From: an uncultured Methanosarcinales archaeon
GTDB lineage: Archaea; Nanobdellota; Nanobdellia; Woesearchaeales; CAZPJY01
Assembly: GCA_964587045.1 (NCBI GenBank)
Contig: CAZPJY010000006.1
Span: 1-59,700, forward strand
DNA: 59,700 nt
Direction of reading: 5' to 3'
The notes beneath the pieces were generated by a model. That model saw only the letters and a list, made by a program, of their open reading frames with translations, had not been told where the DNA came from and made no database searches. Position numbers and translations under genes: made by a program. Below, piece after piece: positions 1-9,361 of this stretch (its first letter is position 1; each line of letters begins with the position of its first letter).

Positions 1-67
1 AAGATAGGCACAGTATTATATGTTTTTGAACCTTTTTTATATTTTTGTATTCTCTTATGTATCTTTT

Positions 68-1456
68 CTATAGGTAGAGCCTGGGCAAGCCGAGCACCAC
101 GGCGTATTTCCCGTAAGTCCTGAAGAAGCTGTTGCTATCGAGACCCTTGAGCATCCTCAAGGCGGTGTAGGCGGCCTCGAGCAGCTCCTTTTTGCGCTGG
201 TGCCTCAGCATCAGCATCTTCCTGTTGAACTCCTCGACGTCGAGAACGGGCAGGACCTCGCCCATTCGCCGCTTCACTCCGAATGCGAAGATGACCAGGG
301 CCATGTGGAGGCCAATCGTATAGACTGAATACTTCTTTTGTACAGCTTCCTCGAAGAACTTTTTCTTCGGCGGACGCCTCTTTACCAAATCTACCACCTG
401 CTTTGAGTACTTATCGTCCCTGATCTGCAGGCCCTGTGAGAATACGAACTGGCCGAATGTGGCGACTCCCTCGTCCCTGATGATCTGTTGTGCATTCTTT
501 ATGGTCTGAGCCTTTCGCCTGTTGAGCTGACCATCGAGCGTGTGCGTGAACTCGTGCACGATAACGCTGGTGAAATCGTCGTAATCATCAAATTTTAGGC
601 ATTTGAAGAAGAACTGCTCGTTCACGTTGATCTCGAAGTTGCGCAGCTGCGGGTCATAACTCGTGATCTTGGCGTTGGAGCCCTGCATGGCAAAAACCCT
701 TCCGACAAAGGCGAGCACCTCCTTTTCGTACGGCACGACCTTGAAGATTACATTGATGTTGAGCCGACCCTTCAGGGTTTGCCTCAGAGGCCCCACTGAC
801 CTGTCCAAGGCTTTCTCTACCATCAGCCTGATCTCCTTCTTCAGCTGCTCTTCTGAACCTGCGCGCTTGTAGGCGTTAATGATGTTTAGGACCATGTCCT
901 TCAGCCTTTTGTCCTTTACTGCAGTCTCCTGGTCCTTTTCGAAGAAGGACACCTTGGCGTTCACTACGCCGCTTGGTATTGGGTGCGAAAACTGCAATGA
1001 GATTCTCATGGCGCTGGCCAGCTTTTCCTGCGGATAATGCTTTTCCAGCTCCTCGAAGAGCTTCTTCATCTTCTCAAACCTCTTCAGGAAATCATCAATG
1101 AACTTTATCGGCAGAGACAGGTCGTGCTGCATCTCCGGGCTTAGCTGCTGGTAAAGCTTCAGTATCTCGACTTTTTTCCCTCCTACTGAATTGATTTTCT
1201 CCTGAAGGTTTTGGGAGTACTTCCTTCCCAGCTTCCGCTCGAAGTAAAATAGCATCGCTGGGTCGCGGATTTCGCTGATGGCGTTGACCTCGGCGTTGCC
1301 CAGAAGGTAGTTCTTCTTGATGTGCTTCAGCTTCTCGAGAATGCTGTTTGCCACCGGGTCCATGCGGTACTCCCTGTGGTCGGGCAAGGAAAACCTCCCC
1401 CTGTACCTCTTGAACTCCTGAGCTTCAGACTCTATCGCTGTTATCAGCCAGTCCAT
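68..1456 (-). CDS. Putative zinc metallopeptidase (gluzincin-like)
   Basis: 462-aa ORF with VIVHEFTH (HExxH) and a downstream DEGVAT (third-ligand Glu). Confidence 0.55.
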   Translation of the reverse strand: MDWLITAIESEAQEFKRYRGRFSLPDHREYRMDPVANSILEKLKHIKKNYLLGNAEVNAISEIRDPAMLFYFERKLGRKYSQNLQEKINSVGGKKVEILKLYQQLSPEMQHDLSLPIKFIDDFLKRFEKMKKLFEELEKHYPQEKLASAMRISLQFSHPIPSGVVNAKVSFFEKDQETAVKDKRLKDMVLNIINAYKRAGSEEQLKKEIRLMVEKALDRSVGPLRQTLKGRLNINVIFKVVPYEKEVLAFVGRVFAMQGSNAKITSYDPQLRNFEINVNEQFFFKCLKFDDYDDFTSVIVHEFTHTLDGQLNRRKAQTIKNAQQIIRDEGVATFGQFVFSQGLQIRDDKYSKQVVDLVKRRPPKKKFFEEAVQKKYSVYTIGLHMALVIFAFGVKRRMGEVLPVLDVEEFNRKMLMLRHQRKKELLEAAYTALRMLKGLDSNSFFRTYGKYAVVLGLPRLYL

Positions 1457-1489
1457 GGGAGAAAACAGGCGTGCTGAGTATAAAAATCT

Positions 1490-1696
1490 TTACTCGGCCC
1501 GCACGAACCTGGGCGTCTTTGTACCGTTGCGTTCGACCTCTTCTTCAAACATCTTAAGGGGTCTTACCCAGAGCCGGTCATCTTCACCGCGGTACACTAC
1601 CATCTCTTCGAGTGTCTCGGAATGCTTTGCGACTCCGAGCACCTCATACCTGTTCCCTTTGAAGTGCCTGTAAATCCCTGGCTTAATCTTTTCCAT
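1490..1696 (-). CDS. DUF1653 domain protein
   Basis: GIYRHFKGNRYEVLGVAKHSETLEEMVVYR...LWVRPLKMF signature; start moved to ATG at 1696. Confidence 0.85.
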   Translation of the reverse strand: MEKIKPGIYRHFKGNRYEVLGVAKHSETLEEMVVYRGEDDRLWVRPLKMFEEEVERNGTKTPRFVRAE

Positions 1697-1771
1697 ATAA
1701 GATCTCATGACACGTTGGTTAATAAACATTCGCCCAATACTTTTAAATATAGATATATAACGCATCCTCCC

Positions 1772-2221
1772 ATGGTAAAGGACACGAGGAAGTACCGGGT
1801 GCCGACCAAGCAGTACCTCAAGATTGAGGACATGCTCAAGAAGGCCGTAAACGACGTTACTGACAACAGCTACATCATGGAGCGGAACAATAAGATACCT
1901 ATCGCCCTGTCCCGAGACATCGACAAGGAAGAGGCGATAGTGCCCAGCTTCTACATCAGAAAGAAGGGCAGGAACGGAGAGGGAGTCGAGAACCCCGAAG
2001 ATTCAGTCAACGGTCTGCTAAGCTCTGCTTTCGTATTCGCCACCGGACTTGATATCACATGCATAAATGTCTTTGTCCCAGCTGATGATGACCCTCTGGA
2101 ACTCCTGATGTATGTGCCTCCCCACGACAGGTACTGCCTGGAGATTGCCAAGGCATATGAGGGGATGGCAAGGAAAAAGGACATCGTCACGATTAGGGAC
2201 ATGAGCAGAGTCTTCGGCTGA
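1772..2221 (+). CDS. Hypothetical protein
   Basis: ATG downstream of an AT-rich TATA-like region (1741-1760); typical codon usage. Confidence 0.6.
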   Translation: MVKDTRKYRVPTKQYLKIEDMLKKAVNDVTDNSYIMERNNKIPIALSRDIDKEEAIVPSFYIRKKGRNGEGVENPEDSVNGLLSSAFVFATGLDITCINVFVPADDDPLELLMYVPPHDRYCLEIAKAYEGMARKKDIVTIRDMSRVFG

Positions 2222-2223
2222 AG

Positions 2224-2622
2224 ATGGCACTCGTATGGCAGCCCTTCGCAGTCTACCAGGGCAAGTACGGCTTCGGCATCAAGCTCGACCGCTGCTTCGC
2301 CCTTGAGATGATAGCCGCGAAGGTGCCAAAGAAGTTGCAGGATCGGATGAACGTCTTGGGAGAGGAGCTCAACCAGAAGATCGGATACTCATACCCGAGC
2401 CCTTACGACTTCCACAAGGACACCGCTTTCGTTTCCGGCTTCTACCTGGGAAGCAACGGCATATGGCTGGCGCTCGACGACCACTTGGGAGCCGAGCCAT
2501 TGAGTGAAGACAGGCCTCTCCAATACTCCTCACACAACGTTGACGCCAGCAGGGACGCGTACGCTCTGATGGCCTTGGTGGACATGTGGGTCGAGTACTC
2601 CGAGGTTCTGAAAAAAGGCTAG
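2224..2622 (+). CDS. Hypothetical protein
   Basis: 132-aa ORF starting 2 nt after the previous stop. Confidence 0.6.
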   Translation: MALVWQPFAVYQGKYGFGIKLDRCFALEMIAAKVPKKLQDRMNVLGEELNQKIGYSYPSPYDFHKDTAFVSGFYLGSNGIWLALDDHLGAEPLSEDRPLQYSSHNVDASRDAYALMALVDMWVEYSEVLKKG

Positions 2623-3788
2623 TGATTGTCCAGGAAGCTGATAATCTCCTCAGTCACGCCAGCGTTCCTGACAGCCAGGGCGCCGAACTGCTGTTTTGGG
2701 TTCTCGACCATTATGTGTGAGAAGTTGCCGTAGCTAACTCGAGTGTTGCCGAAGGCGTGGTAGACCTTGTCGATTCTGGTTTTGGCAAAAGGTAGGAAAG
2801 GCTTGATGTAAAGGTCCCTTGCGCCGTAAATAACCAATTTGGGCTTGTACTTGATGTACTTGTCATAATAATACTGGAAGAACACGATCCTGCCGTCCTT
2901 CTTCCTGAATTTTATCATCTCCTCAATCAGCTTGAGGTAGTCGGGCAACTCCTTCATGTGCGCAAGATATTCCAGCAGGCTGTGTGCGTCCTTGGTCTTG
3001 AGGAACTGCCAGTTGACGTAGTCAGGATCCTCCTCAGGCTTGAAGTGGACCGGGTTGCCCTCCTTCTCTATCTGCTTCAGAGCCGGCTTGTGGAGCATGG
3101 TCTCGACGATGAACTTGATTGCCCTCTTGGGCAGCCTCCTTATCAGGCCGAGTGCAGGGAGACCTCCTTTCACCTTCAGAACCGGCGCTAGCAGAATGTA
3201 GCAGTAGGGAACGAGCCCGTTGCTGATCACATATTTCATTGAGGATACGATCTCAGACTTCATCTGGTTGTACTCCCCCTCAATCGCCTGGATTAGCCTT
3301 TTCTTATCTTCAGATTTCTCAAGTTTTTCCGCCAACGAATTTATCCTCTCGAAGTGATTGTAGAGCGAGTTCTCCAGGCGGGTGTTGTAACCGCCGGCCG
3401 AGAATACCGCCGCAGTCGATCCGACAGAATGCCCTATCACCGCCACCTGGCCGAAACCGTAAGTGCTCTTCAATAGATGTATGCCCTCATGTATCATCTC
3501 GCAGATGTGCCCGATCGTGTATGGGTCGGGATTCTGGTAGTGTGATGGCAGGTCGACGTTGAGGCAGAAATACCCGGCCTCAGCAAGTCTCTCTGAGAGC
3601 ACCCCCAATCCGTACCGGTTCCCGCTCGTGCCATGGACTACGAGAACGGCCTTCCTCATCTTGTTGTCCTTTGAGTAGATTGTGCCGTGGATCCTGCCAG
3701 TCGAGATGTCCTTTATCTTGATGTCGAACTTCTCACCGCGCTTGATCTTTTCGTTGAGCTCTTTCCTGATTTCTCTCCAGCGGCCCAT
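2619..3788 (-). CDS. Alpha/beta hydrolase
   Basis: VLVVHG oxyanion motif, GHSVG nucleophile elbow, GARD and late SH. Confidence 0.8.
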   Translation of the reverse strand: MGRWREIRKELNEKIKRGEKFDIKIKDISTGRIHGTIYSKDNKMRKAVLVVHGTSGNRYGLGVLSERLAEAGYFCLNVDLPSHYQNPDPYTIGHICEMIHEGIHLLKSTYGFGQVAVIGHSVGSTAAVFSAGGYNTRLENSLYNHFERINSLAEKLEKSEDKKRLIQAIEGEYNQMKSEIVSSMKYVISNGLVPYCYILLAPVLKVKGGLPALGLIRRLPKRAIKFIVETMLHKPALKQIEKEGNPVHFKPEEDPDYVNWQFLKTKDAHSLLEYLAHMKELPDYLKLIEEMIKFRKKDGRIVFFQYYYDKYIKYKPKLVIYGARDLYIKPFLPFAKTRIDKVYHAFGNTRVSYGNFSHIMVENPKQQFGALAVRNAGVTEEIISFLDNH

Positions 3789-3855
3789 ATGTTATTTCCA
3801 GTTCTGCGAGTATATAAACGTTACATATATATAGCAAGGAATCAAGGAAAGCATC

Positions 3856-4049
3856 ATGCTCGATGAAGTCAAAAGGTTTGTCGAGGAATCCTGAAGTGCG
3901 ATTCAAGCAAGAGCATGAGGCATTTCGAGAACACTGTTGAGTGGCTGCTCAAGCTGGATTTCATGTTCAAAAGGATCAGCTCAAAGGAGGCGAGGCAGTG
4001 GGCCCAACCCATGTATGGGGAGGCCTGCAAGCACTTGGAGGAGGTGTGA
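3856..4049 (+). pseudogene. Broken or internally deleted gene remnant
   Basis: MLDEVKRFVEES stops at TGA. An adjacent frame continues SKSMRHFENTVEWLLKLDFMFKRISSKEARQWAQPMYGEACKHLEEV. Confidence 0.35.
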
Positions 4050-4253
4050 ATGATGGGAGTGTTCAAATGGGCAGAAGGGAGGGTGAAGCGGTTCGACATC
4101 TGGGATTTTGCGATGCTGAAGGTGGCGCTCGTCATCCTCGGCATGGTCATCGGAGCCTACATTGCGTCGTTCGTCAGGCATTACGTCTGGGTGTTCGTCG
4201 TGGTGTTCGTTGTGTTGTACGCCCTGTTGATGTTCAAGGCATTCAAGAAGTGA
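4050..4253 (+). CDS. Small two-TM membrane protein
   Basis: 67 aa, two hydrophobic helices, GAGGTG upstream. Confidence 0.65.
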   Translation: MMGVFKWAEGRVKRFDIWDFAMLKVALVILGMVIGAYIASFVRHYVWVFVVVFVVLYALLMFKAFKK

Positions 4254-4256
4254 TGG

Positions 4257-4916
4257 TCACCTGACTTCTGCGTCCACAGCGCACGCCATCCGCCGAAGCG
4301 TCTCCTTGGAGTAGCCGGACAGGTGCTTCTGAGGGTGCAACGTCACGTCGTCCCTATACTGCTGCAGGAAGTACGGCGAGCCTTTTATCAGCCCGTGCAT
4401 GACAATCAGGTCCTCAGAGGTCATGCCGGGCCAGACCGTAGTGCGGAACTCGTGCGGAACGCCGCTCTTCTTGATCAGAGCTATGGACCTCCGTATCTTC
4501 TTCGTCATGCCGGCGACACCGACGACTTTCGCGTAGCGGTCGAGCGGGGCCTTGACGTCCATGGCAACGTAGTCTGCCAGGCCCTCCTTTAGGATAGCTT
4601 TGAGCATGTCAGGGTTCGAGCCGTTGGTATCCAGCTTCACCGCAAAGCCCATTCGCTTGATGTTGGCCAGGAACGAGGGAAGCCCTTTTTGGATGGTGGG
4701 CTCGCCTCCTGACACGACGACTCCGTCGAGCTTGTCCTGTCTGGAGGCCAGGAACTCAAAGAACCTCGCAGGGGGCATCAGGTCGGCCTTGTCCCTTACC
4801 GTTCTGGGGTTGTGGCAGAACGAGCAGCGGAAGTTGCAACCGTGGAGGAAGACCGCGCAGGCGATCCTTCCGGGAAAGTCCTGCAGGGTGGTCTCCTCTA
4901 CGTGGTGTATCTGCAT
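4257..4916 (-). CDS. nrdG: Anaerobic ribonucleotide reductase activating radical SAM enzyme
   Basis: GCNFRCSFCHN (CxxxCxxC), SGGEPT, KLDTNG; directly downstream of nrdD. Confidence 0.9.
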   Translation of the reverse strand: MQIHHVEETTLQDFPGRIACAVFLHGCNFRCSFCHNPRTVRDKADLMPPARFFEFLASRQDKLDGVVVSGGEPTIQKGLPSFLANIKRMGFAVKLDTNGSNPDMLKAILKEGLADYVAMDVKAPLDRYAKVVGVAGMTKKIRRSIALIKKSGVPHEFRTTVWPGMTSEDLIVMHGLIKGSPYFLQQYRDDVTLHPQKHLSGYSKETLRRMACAVDAEVR

Positions 4917-4920
4917 TTAC

Positions 4921-7056
4921 CTATTCCTCAATCATCTTGAACAGCAGCCTGTCGGAGAACTCAGCCTGCTTGCCCTTGTTCCAGTTCATCACCGGCCTGA
5001 TGTAGCCGACGATGCGCGAGTAAACCTCGCAGGTCGCCTGGCACGTGGGGCATGATTCGACCTTCCCCTTGAGGTAGCCGTGCTCTGGACAGACCGAGAA
5101 GGTTGGCGAGAGCGTGAAGTAGGGCATGCGGTAGTTCTCCGCGACCTTTCGCACCAGCCTCTTGACAGAAGCCGTGTCGGGCATCGACTCGCCGAGGAAG
5201 ATGTGGAACACGGTGCCGCCGGTGTACTTGGTCTGTATCTCGTCCTGCAGGTCCATGGCCTTGAAGATGTCGTGGGTGTAGTTGACAGGCAGCTGCGTCG
5301 AGTTGGTGTAATACACACCGATTCCGGGGTTCCTCTTCCAGATGGCCTCATTGGCGACGATTATGCCCGGATACTTCTCCTTGTCCTTCTTGGCTAGCCT
5401 GAACGACGTGCCCTCAGCAGGCGTTGCCTCGAGGTTGAACAGGTCGCCGGTTTCATCTTGGTAGTGGCTTATGACCTCGCGCATGAAGTCCATTATCTTC
5501 AGCGCCATCGCCCTGCCCTTCTCAGTCGTCATGTTCTCGCCGTCGAGGTTCTTGAGGCATTCGTTCATGCCGACGAGGCCGATGGTTGAGAAGTGGTTGG
5601 CCCAATACCTGCCGTAGCGCTTCTGCACGTCCTCGAGGAAGTACTTGGAGTACGGATATAGATGCATCTCCGTGAACTTCTCGAGCACTTTCCTCTTGAT
5701 CTGCAAGCTGTCCTTGGCCGAGTCCATCAGCTTCCTCAGGCGCGCGAAGAAATCCTTCTCGTCCTCAGACAGGTAGCCAAGACGGGGCAGGTTGATAGTC
5801 ACTACCCCAATGCTTCCCGTGAGAGGGTTTGATCCGAACAGCGCGCCTCCACGCTTGATAAGCTCGCGGTTGTCCAGGCGCAGGCGGCAGCACATGCTCC
5901 GCGCGTCGTCTGGGTTCATGTCCGAGTTGATGAAGTTTGAGAAGTAAGGGATGCCGTACTTAGCGGTCATCTTGAATATGGGCTCGAATTCTGGGTTGTC
6001 CCATTCGAACTCCTTGGTGATGTTGTAGGTCGGTATGGGGAAGGTGAATATCCTGCCCTTGCGGTCTCCTTCCATCATCACCTCTGCGAATGCGCGGTTG
6101 AGCAGGTTCATCTCCTCTTGGAACTCGCCGTATGTCTCGTTCTGCGGCTTGCCCCCGATGATGACCGGCTCCTTGGCCAGGCTTCCCGACGGGACCAGGT
6201 CGAAGGTGAGGTTGGTGAAGGGCGTTTGGAACCCCACCCGCGTCGGCACGTTGATGTTGAATATGAACTCCTGCATGGCCTGCTTTACCTCCTTGTACGA
6301 CAGCTTGTCATGCCGGATGAAAGGCGCAAGCAGAGTGTCGAAGTTGGAGAACGCGACGGCTCCGGCCGCCTCGCCCTGGACGGTGTAGAAGAAGTTCACC
6401 GCCTGGCCCAGAGCCGCACGGAAGTGCTTCGGTGCCTTCGACTCGACCTTGGCCGAGACGCCGCCGAAGCCTTTTATAAGCAGGTCTTTAAGGTCCCATC
6501 CGCAGCAGTAGACCGATAGCATGCCCATGTCGTGGATGTGGTAGTCGCCGGAGTCGTGGTGCTCCTTGACCTCCTTTGGATAGACGCGGTTCAGCCAGTA
6601 GTTGCTCATGATGTGTGCCGAGACGTAGTTGTTTAGCCCTTGCACCGAGAAGTTCATGTTGCTGTTTTCCTTGACCCTCCAGTCCGACTCCTGCAGGTAC
6701 TTATCCACCATGTCGGCAGAGCTGAGCACGAACCCTATCTTCCTGAGCTCCTCGTGCTGCTTCCTGTAAAGGATGAAGGCCTTGGCGACCTGGAAGAGGT
6801 GCGCTCGCATGAGCTGCTCCTCGATGGTGTCCTGTATGCGTTCGACCTCGAAGATGCCTTCATTTCCCAGCACCTTCTCGGCGCCGTCGACGATCTCGCT
6901 CACCAGCTCGGTCCTGGTCTCTCCCACAGCCTCGAATGCCTTGGTCACGGCGTTTCTTATTCTGCTGCTGTCATAATCCACTATGCTTCCGTTTCTCTTC
7001 TTGACCTTCTTCACTGAACAACACCTCTTACAGCATTTCCGTTCATCTTTCCTCAA
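4921..7056 (-). CDS. nrdD: Class III (anaerobic) ribonucleoside-triphosphate reductase with N-terminal ATP-cone
   Basis: VKKRNG ATP-cone, SMCCRL, EATPAE, CPEHG..CPTC Zn site, YSRIVGYIRP glycyl-radical motif. Confidence 0.95.
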   Translation of the reverse strand: MRKDERKCCKRCCSVKKVKKRNGSIVDYDSSRIRNAVTKAFEAVGETRTELVSEIVDGAEKVLGNEGIFEVERIQDTIEEQLMRAHLFQVAKAFILYRKQHEELRKIGFVLSSADMVDKYLQESDWRVKENSNMNFSVQGLNNYVSAHIMSNYWLNRVYPKEVKEHHDSGDYHIHDMGMLSVYCCGWDLKDLLIKGFGGVSAKVESKAPKHFRAALGQAVNFFYTVQGEAAGAVAFSNFDTLLAPFIRHDKLSYKEVKQAMQEFIFNINVPTRVGFQTPFTNLTFDLVPSGSLAKEPVIIGGKPQNETYGEFQEEMNLLNRAFAEVMMEGDRKGRIFTFPIPTYNITKEFEWDNPEFEPIFKMTAKYGIPYFSNFINSDMNPDDARSMCCRLRLDNRELIKRGGALFGSNPLTGSIGVVTINLPRLGYLSEDEKDFFARLRKLMDSAKDSLQIKRKVLEKFTEMHLYPYSKYFLEDVQKRYGRYWANHFSTIGLVGMNECLKNLDGENMTTEKGRAMALKIMDFMREVISHYQDETGDLFNLEATPAEGTSFRLAKKDKEKYPGIIVANEAIWKRNPGIGVYYTNSTQLPVNYTHDIFKAMDLQDEIQTKYTGGTVFHIFLGESMPDTASVKRLVRKVAENYRMPYFTLSPTFSVCPEHGYLKGKVESCPTCQATCEVYSRIVGYIRPVMNWNKGKQAEFSDRLLFKMIEE

Positions 7057-7508
7057 GCCTTAAGTTTCTGAATCTCTTCACTGAACCTGTCCACGTCGGA
7101 GAAGCCGCGGTAGACCGAGGCGAACCTGATGTAGGCTACAGAATCGAGCCTCTTGAGCTTCTTCATCACCAGCTCGCCCACGACCCTGCTCGGAACCTCG
7201 GTGCCCTTCCTGCGGCGGAGGGCACGTTCGATGGACTCGGCTGCCATCTCGATCTGCTCATGCTCTACAGGCCTCTTGTTGCAGGCCCTGGACATGCCGC
7301 CAATCAGCTTGTCCATGGAAAACTGCTCCCTACTCCCATCCTTCTTGATGATGGTGAGGTCGATGGCCTCTATCCTCTCGTAGGTGGTGAACCTCTTGCC
7401 GCAGGACAGGCACTCACGCCTCCTGCGGGTGATGTCCTCGTCGCTCTCCCTAGTCTCTGTGACCTTGGTCTGGTCCTTTTGACAGTAGGGGCATCTCACA
7501 TCAATCAA
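7053..7508 (-). CDS. nrdR: Transcriptional repressor NrdR
   Basis: CPYC...RRRRECLSCGKRFTTYE Zn ribbon, ATP-cone, VAYIRFASVY. Confidence 0.95.
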   Translation of the reverse strand: MIDVRCPYCQKDQTKVTETRESDEDITRRRRECLSCGKRFTTYERIEAIDLTIIKKDGSREQFSMDKLIGGMSRACNKRPVEHEQIEMAAESIERALRRRKGTEVPSRVVGELVMKKLKRLDSVAYIRFASVYRGFSDVDRFSEEIQKLKA

Positions 7509-7647
7509 CTCCTTTGGACTCCTTTTATAGGTTTGGTTGATTGGGAATCATCCCCTTTATGATGTAGAATAGGAGATAGATATCCCATCATAGATAAGCA
7601 AAGCTATAGCAACTAGCATAACTAAGAGAAGCTATATGTTTGCTTAT

Positions 7648-7695
7648 ACGCTATATGTAGTGTTTAATTTTGAATTTGCACACCACATCTAGTAG
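7648..7695. promoter_or_regulatory. Tandem NrdR boxes
   Basis: ACGCTATATGTAGTGT (7648-7663) and ACACCACATCTAGTAG (7680-7695) resemble acaCwAtATaTwGtgt; starts 32 bp apart; upstream of nrdRDG. Confidence 0.8.
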
Positions 7696-7716
7696 ATTAA
7701 TGAATGGGGTCGGTCA

Positions 7717-7724
7717 TATATAAA
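7717..7724 (-). promoter_or_regulatory. Probable TATA box of nrdRDG
   Basis: TTTATATA on the minus strand, ~22 bp from the nearer NrdR box (7680-7695). Confidence 0.5.
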
Positions 7725-7806
7725 GATTTCTGAAATCGAAAATATAGTATTTCAACCACTATACTGCAGACAGAATATGACTTTTGAGTAGTAAGGAAAA
7801 AGAGAA

Positions 7807-7998
7807 TTATTCGATGACCTTGATGCATCCGGCAGGGCAGGAGGCCTCAGCCTCCTTGTTGCAGCCAACGGCGTCGAGCTCAGTCTTCTTCGGCCTGGCC
7901 TTGTTGGTCTCGTTGTTCATCTCCCAGTTGTCGGCGCAGGCGACTGTGCACGCTGCGCACCCGATGCAGGTCTCCTCGTTGTACTCAATCTTAACCAT
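7807..7998 (-). CDS. Ferredoxin (single cluster)
   Basis: CIGCAAC...CPAGCI. Confidence 0.9.
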   Translation of the reverse strand: MVKIEYNEETCIGCAACTVACADNWEMNNETNKARPKKTELDAVGCNKEAEASCPAGCIKVIE

Positions 7999-8044
7999 AT
8001 TATCCCTCCTAAAACACTAATAAGGGGTTTTCCCTTTAAAAACC

Positions 8045-8284
8045 TTATTGCTTATTCTCCGCGATGGCTTTATTGACCTCTGAGATCATCTCGTCAATCT
8101 TGGCATCGTCCATGCCGTGTCCTTTGCATCCTTCCTCGATGGTTTCATAGTATGAGACGTGGCATCCTATGCAGTGGAGGCCGAAGTCCATCATGACCAT
8201 CGCCGACTCAGGATATGCGCGGACAACTTCTCCTATGAGCATGCCCTTCTTGACAGGGCCTTCCTCGTTTTCCTTCTTTGCCAT
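8045..8284 (-). CDS. DUF1858 / hybrid-cluster-associated redox disulfide protein
   Basis: YPES...FGLHCIGC...ETIEEGCKGHG. Confidence 0.85.
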   Translation of the reverse strand: MAKKENEEGPVKKGMLIGEVVRAYPESAMVMMDFGLHCIGCHVSYYETIEEGCKGHGMDDAKIDEMISEVNKAIAENKQ

Positions 8285-8350
8285 GGACCTGGGAAAATCC
8301 GTCGCCCTATAAAAACGTTGTGGAAAAGCTGTCTGTTGCTTTTATCTCCT

Positions 8351-8430
8351 ATCCGGAAGATATCCGGCCGAGGAATAACGCATCTGAATTATATCCGGAT
8401 TTTATGGAATAATTCTGATAATATCGGAAA
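8351..8430. promoter_or_regulatory. Helically phased ATCCGGA-like motif array upstream of unit 1
   Basis: atccggaa 8351, atccggcc 8362, atctgaat 8382, atccggat 8393, ttctgata 8413, atcggaaa 8423; AT-rich TATA-like box near 8455. Confidence 0.55.
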
Positions 8431-8488
8431 TTTGTTCTCTTTTTCTCAATAACGCTTAATAAAATTCTCGCACGCTTCCCAAGTCACA

Positions 8489-9007
8489 ATGGAAAACAAA
8501 AAACGCATTTGGCCGAAAATCATCAAATACGGCTTCGTGGCAGGGCTGGCAGCGACTTTTGGGGTTTACTCAAGCGACACGGTGAAGAAAAACATCGACG
8601 AGTTCAGGTACCGCAAGGTGCCTGCAGCAGAGCAGTTCGTAGACACATGGGGCTCAATCGACCTCAAGGTCGAACGGGTCCGGAACGGAAGCGGCGAGCT
8701 GGAGACCTACCTAAACATAAGTGGAGAGAGGCTCCCTGTACTCGAGTCTGGGAACGGCTACCAGCTCGGCAGCGACGAATACCTGATGGACCGGGTGGGC
8801 TCGATGGACCTGTACGAGTTCATGGACCAGGTGGTGCCGCGGCTCGATGACGAGCAGAGGGAAGAGCTGGCGGGAAGGCTGCTGGGCAGCCTGCAGAAAG
8901 GGAGCCGCTACGAGGTCATCATGGACCAGATGGGATCCAACATCAAAGAAGAGCTCAAGGACTTCGGGGATTTCTGGGAGCGCTTCTACAACGACAAGAT
9001 CAAGTGA
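8489..9007 (+). CDS. Membrane-anchored hypothetical protein
   Basis: N-terminal hydrophobic helix; first gene of the cluster. Confidence 0.7.
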   Translation: MENKKRIWPKIIKYGFVAGLAATFGVYSSDTVKKNIDEFRYRKVPAAEQFVDTWGSIDLKVERVRNGSGELETYLNISGERLPVLESGNGYQLGSDEYLMDRVGSMDLYEFMDQVVPRLDDEQREELAGRLLGSLQKGSRYEVIMDQMGSNIKEELKDFGDFWERFYNDKIK

Positions 9008-9017
9008 GGTGGATGCG

Positions 9018-9191
9018 ATGCTCAGAACCGCGTGGAAAATGGTCAAGAGGGGACTGCTCTACACCGGGATTTTCGCTGTGGGCTACTACGTCGGCGCAGG
9101 AGGATGCTCAGGGCGCCAGTACGACGCAAAGCCGAAGCAGGTGATCGAGCACAGGATAGAGAAGAACAGCCTGGAGGACAGGATAAGATGA
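9018..9191 (+). CDS. Small single-TM protein
   Basis: MLRTAWKMVKRGLLYTGIFAVGYYVG; GAGGTGG upstream; stop overlaps the next ATG. Confidence 0.6.
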   Translation: MLRTAWKMVKRGLLYTGIFAVGYYVGAGGCSGRQYDAKPKQVIEHRIEKNSLEDRIR

Positions 9192-9361
9192 ACCTGCGTG
9201 AGCTCATCATCCTCAAGATGGTGTTCCTTGCGGGGTACGCGACAGGTTACATAACTCAGTCGAAGGCGCCATACGCGCCCCCGCCGGCAAGGCAGGAGGT
9301 AAGGCAGCCACAGCACCCGACCATCGACCAGCTGCTGAGGGAGAGCTATGGAAAGCAATGA
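9188..9361 (+). CDS. Small single-TM protein
   Basis: MNLRELIILKMVFLAGYATGY; ATGA overlap with the previous gene. Confidence 0.6.
   Translation: MNLRELIILKMVFLAGYATGYITQSKAPYAPPPARQEVRQPQHPTIDQLLRESYGKQ

Noticed and set aside
4989..7017. Many alternative-frame and antisense ORFs over nrdD (and elsewhere)
   Set aside because: Shadow ORFs caused by GC-rich third codon positions; no motifs
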